A DNA stretch of 64,000 bases, taken from IMG/VR virus record IMGVR_UViG_3300010885_062120; one strand, given 5' to 3'. The position numbers were made by a program, and so were the translations under genes. This document shows, piece by piece, positions 1 to 7,537 of the stretch (position 1 is its first letter; every line of letters starts with the position of its first letter). The stretch comes from an uncultured virus (IMG/VR IMGVR_UViG_3300010885_062120) (taxonomy: Duplodnaviria > Heunggongvirae > Uroviricota > Caudoviricetes). Below the pieces are notes generated by a model, which did not search any database, was not told where the DNA came from, and saw only the letters and a list, made by a program, of their open reading frames with translations.

Positions 1-132
1 ACATTTCATAATAGCATATACTTCGATTTCATTTTTGGGATAATACCCTAAATGAGACTCGCGATAGAATGTAGCTTTACAAGTGCGGTTGACACACTGC
101 AAAGGTGTACCTACGATTGTTTGTTTAAACAT
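1..132 (-). CDS. Hypothetical Cys-containing protein, truncated by window start
   Basis: Not in ORF track. ATG at 132 preceded by AGGAGGAG; open to position 1 (MFKQTIVGTPLQCVNRTC...IMKC). Confidence 0.7.
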   Translation of the reverse strand, partial: MFKQTIVGTPLQCVNRTCKATFYRESHLGYYPKNEIEVYAIMKC

Positions 133-172
133 ACGCTCCTCCTAACAAAGGGAAAGAAACAATAATATAATA

Positions 173-1996
173 TTATTTCAATAAGGTATTCGCAACCTGT
201 TTTTTAATCACTCTTAAATCAAAACCTGACTCAGATTCATAAACCCTTTTTCTTGCCAAAGAATGTTTTCTCATGTGTTTATCAGAATCCATAAAATCAA
301 TAACTACAGCTTCGGTTTTACCGCTTTCTTTATGTGATCTAATAACTCTACCAACAGTTTGCAAAACTGTAGCAGAAGCCTGTGTGCTTCCAGCCATGAC
401 TAAAACACTTATAGCTGGCGCATCAATGCCTGTATTTAGCCACTGCGTTCCTATTAATATAATTTCATTTCTTTCGCAAGCATCAAGCATTCTTTTGCGA
501 TAATCTTGCTCTTCATCATCTGGATCATCCTCACCCTTGTCACTTCCAGGAACAAAGACAGACCCTTTAATCATATCTTCCAAGATATTACCGTGCTCAA
601 TTCTATCAACTATGATCATAACAGGCTTGCCTTCTTCTTGGAAGGCTTCAGCAAATTGCTTTATTCGATAATTTCTTTCCCAACACTTAGTAATATGCTT
701 TGTGTAAGAATCGGCATAGTTTACAACCGCTTGCTCAGAATAACTAATCGGAATCATAAATATTCTTGGAGGAACTAAGAAACCTCTATCAATCAAAAAT
801 GTAGGGCTTACCTCAACGAGCTTTTTCCCCATACATCCTTCAAGTCTAATCTCTTGATTGTCTTCACGCCAGGGAGTTGCACTTAAGCCAAATCTATAAT
901 AAGCCCTATCGGCGTGATTTGCTAAAGCTTCAATTACAATAGCCGCCAAGTGAGCTTCATCAACAATGACAGCTTGTGCATTAGAGAACAATTCTCTAAT
1001 TTTTCTTTTATTCTCTATTGATTGTAATCTTGTATCTAATGAAGCTTTTGCTTTTTTATAAGCAGTAATTTCATTTTTTATTAAATTGCTAAAAGTTTTA
1101 TCGAAATCTTTTTGAAGTAATGATAAAGCTTTCTCTAAAACTTTCTTTTCTTTATCATTCGCTAAAGAAATTTGCTTTTCAGTTTCCTCCATGTGCAATG
1201 AAGCCTCTGAAAGATGTTGTGACGCATGGGCTTTTGCCTTATTGTAAGCTTTTTCAGCAAAAGAAAACTCAGCTTTTAACTGCTCTAGTGTCTTTTTTGT
1301 GCCTTCGCCTACAAGCTCATCTACTTCAATCTTATTTTTAGATTCACTAAACTTCTCATTGAAGGCTGCCAGAGCCGTTTGGTAGGTAATTACATTTACG
1401 CCATTAGGATTGATATCAAATACGCCATCTCCAAGCATCCCTACATGGGCAGATTTTTCTTCTACCTTAAGATATTTCACAAACTCTTTTTGAGTCTGTT
1501 TTAATAGCGACCTGGATGGAACAATAAAAAGAACTGGCGATACAGACATTCTTGAAATAAGCTCACAAGCTGTCATGGTTTTACCAGCGCCTGTAGCCAA
1601 AGCTAAAATACCCCTTGTAACAGACATTGCTCGCTCTACTGCATTGATTTGGTAGTCGTAAAGGCTTCGCCCATAGTCAGAAAATGTGGTATCAATTTTT
1701 ATATTCGCATCTGGCTTTATTCTATTATCAACAAGGCGATATTCGCATCCTTGAGATTTTAAAGACTTTAATACATTGGAAAGTAAACCAGTTGGAAAAG
1801 ATTGTGTTTTCTTATCGTATAGAGAAATAATACCATCCCAGACATTATTTTTATACGCAGGAGACCATTCAGCATTGGGCACCATGTAACCACACTTTTC
1901 TCTAAGCATGTTGTGAAAAGCATACTGATGCTCTTTCTCTGGGTGCAATTCACCTACGATTTTACATCTGGTATTAGTAATAACAATAGACACCAT
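173..1996 (-). CDS. Superfamily 2 DExH helicase (UvsW/XPB-like) with coiled-coil insertion
   Basis: Motifs LYDYQ (Q), ATGAGKT (I), ITYQT (Ib), IVDEAH (II), SAT (III), TGIDAP (V), QTVGRVIR (VI); N-terminal WDG..SLY typical of phage UvsW-like helicases. Confidence 0.9.
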   Translation of the reverse strand: MVSIVITNTRCKIVGELHPEKEHQYAFHNMLREKCGYMVPNAEWSPAYKNNVWDGIISLYDKKTQSFPTGLLSNVLKSLKSQGCEYRLVDNRIKPDANIKIDTTFSDYGRSLYDYQINAVERAMSVTRGILALATGAGKTMTACELISRMSVSPVLFIVPSRSLLKQTQKEFVKYLKVEEKSAHVGMLGDGVFDINPNGVNVITYQTALAAFNEKFSESKNKIEVDELVGEGTKKTLEQLKAEFSFAEKAYNKAKAHASQHLSEASLHMEETEKQISLANDKEKKVLEKALSLLQKDFDKTFSNLIKNEITAYKKAKASLDTRLQSIENKRKIRELFSNAQAVIVDEAHLAAIVIEALANHADRAYYRFGLSATPWREDNQEIRLEGCMGKKLVEVSPTFLIDRGFLVPPRIFMIPISYSEQAVVNYADSYTKHITKCWERNYRIKQFAEAFQEEGKPVMIIVDRIEHGNILEDMIKGSVFVPGSDKGEDDPDDEEQDYRKRMLDACERNEIILIGTQWLNTGIDAPAISVLVMAGSTQASATVLQTVGRVIRSHKESGKTEAVVIDFMDSDKHMRKHSLARKRVYESESGFDLRVIKKQVANTLLK

Positions 1997-2020
1997 AACA
2001 TAATTATTATGGTGTCTATT
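1985..2020 (-). promoter_or_regulatory. Perfect 14-bp inverted repeat covering the helicase start codon
   Basis: aatagacaccataa (1985-1998) / ttatggtgtctatt (2007-2020), 8-nt loop; on the minus-strand RNA the 3' arm contains AUG GUG UCU AUU. Confidence 0.75.
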
Positions 2021-2051
2021 TGAAAATAAAAAATATTTATCTTAAAAATAT

Positions 2052-2432
2052 TTACTTAAGCTTTGCGACTTTTTCTGCATATTCTGCGCGATAAAGACTT
2101 TCTAGATGAGGCTCATTATGCATTTTGACACTAAGCTCGTGAGCAAATTCTGCAATTTTTTCAGATTTAGCTTTTCTACCACGTCTTGACATAATTTCAA
2201 CATCATCATCAGATGCATCAACAACTTCTGCTACAGCAACTTCTACTACAACAGGCGCTTTAACTTCTGGAGCTTCTTCGGCAACCTTTGGTTCTTCTTT
2301 TGCCTTTGCGACCACAGGAGCTACTGGCTTAACCACTTCTTCTACTTGCACTTGGGTGTCAATTACTTCAGGTGTCTTCTCTGCAACTTTAATCTTAGCG
2401 GCGGTTGCTTTTGGTTTTACTTCTTCAGCCAT
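2052..2432 (-). CDS. Hypothetical Ala/Glu/Val/Lys-rich low-complexity protein
   Basis: ORF track; AAGG upstream; packed with neighbours. Confidence 0.75.
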   Translation of the reverse strand: MAEEVKPKATAAKIKVAEKTPEVIDTQVQVEEVVKPVAPVVAKAKEEPKVAEEAPEVKAPVVVEVAVAEVVDASDDDVEIMSRRGRKAKSEKIAEFAHELSVKMHNEPHLESLYRAEYAEKVAKLK

Positions 2433-2450
2433 TTTTCTAACCTTTATATT

Positions 2451-2876
2451 TTAATTTTTAGATAGCAATTTAAATGCTATATTTCTTTTTTTCTTATCAG
2501 AAAATGAACTTACAGTCATCTGGGCGGCTTCTTCAACCGCCTTGTTTTCATCATCTGTTAATGATTTATTATCGCTTTCAAATGCCCTTGCCTTGACTAT
2601 TCGAATGAATTCTTCCAACATCTCTTGGTCAGTGTATTCACCATCTTTGATGTCTTCCAGTCCTCTTCGTATAGCATCTATGATGACAGTAGATTTTTCT
2701 CCAAATTTATTTTGAAGAAAACCATCAACTTTACTTAAGCACGATTCTACAAAAGCAATTTCTTTCTGTCTGCCTGTTAAATATTTAAGGGATAATGTAA
2801 TGCCCAAAGCCAGCAAAATCCACAATCCATAAACAGACAAAAATAAATCAAAAGCATGCTTGATATTTGCTAACAT
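2451..2876 (-). CDS. Hypothetical membrane protein (single N-terminal TM; holin-like possible)
   Basis: Hydrophobic FLSVYGLWILLALGITLSL followed by charged helical region and basic C-terminus. Confidence 0.55.
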   Translation of the reverse strand: MLANIKHAFDLFLSVYGLWILLALGITLSLKYLTGRQKEIAFVESCLSKVDGFLQNKFGEKSTVIIDAIRRGLEDIKDGEYTDQEMLEEFIRIVKARAFESDNKSLTDDENKAVEEAAQMTVSSFSDKKKRNIAFKLLSKN

Positions 2877-2877
2877 A

Positions 2878-3114
2878 TTAGCACTTAATAGCTATGACGT
2901 CACTATCATCGTCATCATCAGGAAAAGCATCTTCGACAACAGGAACTTCGATAGATTTTGAAATATCGCGATGGCAATATGGGCAAGTGCCATTGGCACC
3001 AAGATTGACTCTAAATACAATATGTGTACAAGCCTTGCAGACAATAACGCCTTCAGTGTCGCTTTGGTCTGCTACATTTTCGATGTGGCCTGTGGCTCTT
3101 CTATACATTGTCAT
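2878..3114 (-). CDS. Small zinc-ribbon protein
   Basis: CKAC...CPYC; AAGGA SD upstream. Confidence 0.7.
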   Translation of the reverse strand: MTMYRRATGHIENVADQSDTEGVIVCKACTHIVFRVNLGANGTCPYCHRDISKSIEVPVVEDAFPDDDDDSDVIAIKC

Positions 3115-3146
3115 AATTATTTTCCTTTTCCCTTGTAATATTTTTT

Positions 3147-4124
3147 TTAACTTATCAAGGAGAGATAGCTTTTCAAAGCTTGCGCTTGTTCTGTTGATAA
3201 TTTATTTGGCATTTTAAAATTAACTTGAACTATATAGTCAGTTCTGTTGCTTTGATCAACAAAAAAGCCTTGGTGTCTAAATTGTATTTTTTGACCAGCC
3301 TTGCAAGCTTGAGGTATCTTAATTGTTACTTCTGCATTGTCTAGGCTTGTAACCTTCTTGTCAGCTCCTATCATAGCTTCAACAGGATCTATATCTAATT
3401 GTACATTACAATTGCCAGTTTCATCAATTTTGAAATAAGGATCATCCTGCAATTTGCACTGAATAACTAATGGACCTGGTTGTTGATCTGAATCTTCTTG
3501 GGATCCAGCACCCTGTAAAACGAATTGTCTATTTATGCTTCCAAGTGGGAAGGTAAGTTCTTTTTGAACTTGTACTTTTTTGATTCCAAACCCATGGCAA
3601 GATCCACAAATTACAGCATGCAAAAAACCTCTACCTCTACATCTGCCACAAGGGCCTAGATCTTGCTGCATATGGAAGAATCCATTATTGAATATTTGAA
3701 TATTTCTTCCTGCTCCATTACAATCAGGACATACGGAAGGGACTCCTGTGTCTGATCTTCCACCCTCTCCATTACAATCTGAGCAAAATGAATCTATAGA
3801 ATAGTGAATTATTTTAGTTGTTGGCTTCATTGTTTCCAAAGGATGTAATTCAACATGAACCACAACTGAAGAATTAGGTTGCTTATGCACACTCCTGTGT
3901 TGGGCAAACTGCGCAAAAGCAGAGCCTTGATTGTCATAAGCTAATTTTTTAGCTGGATCAGAAAGAGTTTCATAGGCTTCGCCAATTTGCTTAAATTTAT
4001 CTTCGGAGCCTTCTGCCTTATTTACATCAGGATGCCATTCTCTGGCAAGCTTGCGGTAGGCACTTTTTATTTCATCTTGTGATGAATTTTTATTTACACC
4101 TAAAATAGAATAATAATCTGACAT
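3147..4124 (-). CDS. dnaJ: DnaJ (class A-like) co-chaperone
   Basis: J domain DYYSILGV...AYRKLA..HPD; four CxxCxGxG repeats; DnaJ C-terminal domain; short G/F linker. ATG at 4124 preferred over TTG at 4139. Confidence 0.93.
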   Translation of the reverse strand: MSDYYSILGVNKNSSQDEIKSAYRKLAREWHPDVNKAEGSEDKFKQIGEAYETLSDPAKKLAYDNQGSAFAQFAQHRSVHKQPNSSVVVHVELHPLETMKPTTKIIHYSIDSFCSDCNGEGGRSDTGVPSVCPDCNGAGRNIQIFNNGFFHMQQDLGPCGRCRGRGFLHAVICGSCHGFGIKKVQVQKELTFPLGSINRQFVLQGAGSQEDSDQQPGPLVIQCKLQDDPYFKIDETGNCNVQLDIDPVEAMIGADKKVTSLDNAEVTIKIPQACKAGQKIQFRHQGFFVDQSNRTDYIVQVNFKMPNKLSTEQAQALKSYLSLIS

Positions 4125-4167
4125 AATTCGTGTTTCCAATAAAAATGATTAATCGAATTATATTATA

Positions 4168-4848
4168 CTATTTTTTAATGGTTTGTAGCAAAGCTTGAAT
4201 TTTATTAGAAGGACAAATTGCTCTTTCACCGATGCCAATATCAGCATGTTGGCCTGTAACACCCATGATGGAACCATAAACAAGGCCATCTGTCCCAATG
4301 GTCATACCACCACTTGATCCCTGAAGGATATCAGCATCAATAAAAATTAAATCATTCCATGCTGGCTTGTCAGCTTCTCCTAGAGACTGATGTATATTAG
4401 CGATTCTTCCAACAGTCGCTGTGTCATGCCATCCCTCAGGAGAACTAATGACAGCAATAATATCGCCCACTTGAGCTGAGTCACTATTGCCTAATTTACA
4501 AGGCGGTACAGTTTTAGCAACTTGAGGATTGAAAATAATACCTGAATCAATATTGGGATCAGTAACAGAAATCTGCATAGGATACATAACTTTTCCATCA
4601 AAAGTTGCTGTGATTTCAGCACCAGATCCTATTAATGTAGGTGGCACTACATGGGCTGCTGTTGCGACAAAGCCTTCTCCTATGTGAAAGCCACTACCAG
4701 TCCACATCTTTTTTCCTTGCTTAACAGTTATAGTACAATTGCTAGCCAAAGATGATTGTATGGACTGAGCTATAGGATCAATCGTCTTTTGGGCTTGTTG
4801 CGCCAATCTTAATTTATATTCTAATGAATTAATATTTATATTAAACAT
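4168..4848 (-). CDS. Trypsin-like serine protease (S1, HtrA-like, no PDZ)
   Basis: GSGF, TAAHV (His), IDSG (Asp), GSSGG (Ser), LGNSD...GD. Confidence 0.9.
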   Translation of the reverse strand: MFNININSLEYKLRLAQQAQKTIDPIAQSIQSSLASNCTITVKQGKKMWTGSGFHIGEGFVATAAHVVPPTLIGSGAEITATFDGKVMYPMQISVTDPNIDSGIIFNPQVAKTVPPCKLGNSDSAQVGDIIAVISSPEGWHDTATVGRIANIHQSLGEADKPAWNDLIFIDADILQGSSGGMTIGTDGLVYGSIMGVTGQHADIGIGERAICPSNKIQALLQTIKK

Positions 4849-4851
4849 AAT

Positions 4852-5337
4852 TTACAGCTCAATAATCTTTGCTTTAATATTTTCTACAGGTATAGCCCCG
4901 AATGCTCTTGAATCCTCAGATTCAACTTCGTTGTCACCAATTAGAAATACATGACCTGAAGGTACAACATACATATATGCATCTACGCCATGCTTTCTTA
5001 AGTATTTTATATGATATTCAATATCGCGTAACAAAGGCATTTTGTCATATTTCCTAACTCCAGAGTCTACAACAGGAAACTTTTGCCCTGCAACAAAAGC
5101 AATACGCTTGATTATTAATTCTGAATTTTGTTCTACTAATACTACGTCACCAATGCTGTAGCTTTTATCTGCTGCATTGGCCAACACCAAAGCGTTTGGA
5201 TTTAAAGTAGGCTGCATTGACTTGCCAACGACTTTAGTAAAATAAAAAGGTCGGTAAGCCAAAAAAAATATTGATAAAATTAAAAAAAATAATTGTAATA
5301 AAATTCTAATATTTCTTCTTTGGTAAGTTTTAAGCAT
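4852..5337 (-). CDS. lepB: Signal peptidase I (S26)
   Basis: N-terminal TM, GKSMQPTL (Ser), IIKRI (Lys), GDN..SEDSRAFG. Confidence 0.9.
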   Translation of the reverse strand: MLKTYQRRNIRILLQLFFLILSIFFLAYRPFYFTKVVGKSMQPTLNPNALVLANAADKSYSIGDVVLVEQNSELIIKRIAFVAGQKFPVVDSGVRKYDKMPLLRDIEYHIKYLRKHGVDAYMYVVPSGHVFLIGDNEVESEDSRAFGAIPVENIKAKIIEL

Positions 5338-5590
5338 TTAATTTCTCAGCGAATTTTAAGGCTTCATCAATATTAGGAATTTTTTTAACTTCTTTTTTAT
5401 TCTTTCTTACAGAATAAGAAGATACTGGAATATTATTTTCTATGTTAAAAGACTTAACTATATCAACTTTAGTTCCATTTAAAATCCAAATATTACTTGG
5501 CACAGACTCAAACCAATTATCGTCTATCAAAATAGATTCAATATTATATTTTTTTAATATATTTTTATTTGATGAGAATCTGTACCACAT
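5330..5590 (-). CDS. Hypothetical protein (MWYRF N-terminus)
   Basis: GAGG SD upstream; 8-nt overlap with the S26 gene. Confidence 0.65.
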   Translation of the reverse strand: MWYRFSSNKNILKKYNIESILIDDNWFESVPSNIWILNGTKVDIVKSFNIENNIPVSSYSVRKNKKEVKKIPNIDEALKFAEKLNA

Positions 5591-5599
5591 AATTAAACC

Positions 5600-6517
5600 T
5601 CAAGGCTGAGTGTAAGAGTTGCAAAATCTTGGAATACCAAAACCAAAGTTGCCTTCTTTGCCGATTGTATTAAATCTGCCATTTTGATCACAAATTATGT
5701 CAAGGGCCTCAAGCATAGCTTGTACAGATGTAATTTTAGGAGCATTAGGATTTTCTAATCTATCCTTCGCAAGAAGCAAAGCACAAATGCCAGCAACAAA
5801 TGGAGAGGCTTGGCTAGTGCCTTTTAATACTGCATACTGGTTATTTAGATATGTACTATAAATATTTACACCAGCTGCAACTACACTGACTTCTGGCCCT
5901 CTGGAAGAGAAATCTGCCAAATTTCCATTCTCGTCAATTGCACCGACGGCGATTACTTCAGGGTATCTAGCGGGCCAATTTACAGAGCTGCTGTCATTTC
6001 CTGCCGCTGCAACAATAATTATTCCATTATTTACGGCATCAATAACTGCTTGATGAAATGAAGCAGGTGGCTCAACTGGAGCACCTAGGCTCATATTAAT
6101 AACATCTACACCTTCATCTATGGCAGCTCTGATACCAGCTTCAATTCCAGCATATCCACCATGTCCACTATTGCCCAAGACCTTAACGGTCATCAATTCG
6201 ACTTCTGGAGCTATTCCCAAAATGCCAAAATCATTATCTCTGGCTCCAATTATGCCACAAACGTGAGTAGAGTGACCTTGGCTGTCAACAGGGCTATTCT
6301 CACCTGTGGTATCTAGCCCAAGCATATCAGGCAAATCGGTGTGAGTAGGCTTGCCTGTGTCTAAAACTGCTACTTTTATGCCAGATCCTTTTGTAACTTT
6401 ATGAAATTCTTGGATATTGGCCTTATTCAAACCCCAGTCAATAGTTTGCGACAATTGTGCAAACTGATACTCATATTCCATATCTTCAATAGGCAAAAAC
6501 TCAATAAGATCTTCCAT
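5600..6517 (-). CDS. Subtilisin-like serine peptidase (S8), no signal peptide
   Basis: VAVLDTG (Asp), GHSTHVCG (His), AAAGN, GTSQASP (Ser). Confidence 0.93.
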   Translation of the reverse strand: MEDLIEFLPIEDMEYEYQFAQLSQTIDWGLNKANIQEFHKVTKGSGIKVAVLDTGKPTHTDLPDMLGLDTTGENSPVDSQGHSTHVCGIIGARDNDFGILGIAPEVELMTVKVLGNSGHGGYAGIEAGIRAAIDEGVDVINMSLGAPVEPPASFHQAVIDAVNNGIIIVAAAGNDSSSVNWPARYPEVIAVGAIDENGNLADFSSRGPEVSVVAAGVNIYSTYLNNQYAVLKGTSQASPFVAGICALLLAKDRLENPNAPKITSVQAMLEALDIICDQNGRFNTIGKEGNFGFGIPRFCNSYTQP

Positions 6518-6531
6518 TTTATTTTTCTCCC

Positions 6532-6723
6532 TTAATTTACTTGTGACTGAATATCAAAAGTAAAACTAATTTTTTGTTGAGGTGGACGCTTAAGAACCAG
6601 CGCATAAGTGTCACCAGATTTGTTAAAACCTACACCAATAATTGTTTCAACATCACCCGAAGCTGCAAAATTACCCAGTAATCTAGATTTAATATCGCCT
6701 TTTGTCACATAGGGGGTTGACAT
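6532..6723 (-). CDS. Hypothetical protein
   Basis: 63 aa filling the gap between genes; AGGA upstream. Confidence 0.6.
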   Translation of the reverse strand: MSTPYVTKGDIKSRLLGNFAASGDVETIIGVGFNKSGDTYALVLKRPPQQKISFTFDIQSQVN

Positions 6724-6727
6724 GATT

Positions 6728-7477
6728 TTATCCTATGTCCACTGAGCTTACAGTTAATTGGGCCTTGTAATAGCCGGTAGGATCATTATAATCTACAACT
6801 TGTCTAGCCCAAAATCTAAAGAATCCATCTACTCGCGTAAGAACAACCGTAGAGCCTGTACCTGCTGATGCTTTATATAATTCAGTTCTGTTTGGAATTG
6901 CTGACATATAATAATTTATTCCAGTCGCATCAGTGGTGAGAGAAAGAGGCGAAACTCTAATAGCCTGACCGGCTGCAAGGGTTATTGTTGCCGAAGTGCT
7001 AACCAGTGTTTCTCCACCAGAATTTGTGTATGAGTATGCAACTGTGTAAATGCCAGCTCCAAGATTTGATGTGGTTCCTAGAGCTGCCAGAGTGGGGGCC
7101 GCAGAAGGATTAGAAACAGCAGGATAGGTCGAGTTAGCGTTTGGCTCTGATGCTGATGGCAAAAGCGATCCTGAATACACAAGCACATTCGCGCCTGATG
7201 CACCATAAGATCCTGGGCTTCCTTGCACATCTGGGGCAATTTGTAAGTTACTAACAAAATCACTACCGTTAATCCCGCCGCCTGCAGTTGGTTGAATGTA
7301 TACATCTAACATAGACGTCGTGCCATTATTAAGACCATAAGCAACAACACCTGTTGTAGATGTAGTACCAGATCCAGGCAAAGTGACAGTTGGTAAAATC
7401 ATTGATTGTACCCAAGAGCCATCTGACATTTCTTGAGTTAATGCAGCATTCTTGTAAAGTGTAATTAGACCTGCCAT
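6728..7477 (-). CDS. Putative virion structural protein (Thr/Gly/Ser-rich, beta)
   Basis: APTL...GIYTVAYSYTNSGGETLVS segment common in phage structural proteins; AGGTGG SD. Confidence 0.6.
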   Translation of the reverse strand: MAGLITLYKNAALTQEMSDGSWVQSMILPTVTLPGSGTTSTTGVVAYGLNNGTTSMLDVYIQPTAGGGINGSDFVSNLQIAPDVQGSPGSYGASGANVLVYSGSLLPSASEPNANSTYPAVSNPSAAPTLAALGTTSNLGAGIYTVAYSYTNSGGETLVSTSATITLAAGQAIRVSPLSLTTDATGINYYMSAIPNRTELYKASAGTGSTVVLTRVDGFFRFWARQVVDYNDPTGYYKAQLTVSSVDIG

Positions 7478-7511
7478 ATAAAGCCACCTAAAATAAGTTC
7501 TTGTATTGAGT

Positions 7512-7537
7512 TTTCTTTAAAAACTAATCAAATACCT
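7512..7537 (-). promoter_or_regulatory. Putative phage promoter AGG-N17-AAGAAA
   Basis: Same spacing as three other intergenic sites; oriented toward the 7477 start. Confidence 0.5.

Noticed and set aside
1005..1370. Intein in the helicase
   Set aside because: No Cys/Ser start block, no His-Asn end, no LAGLIDADG motif.
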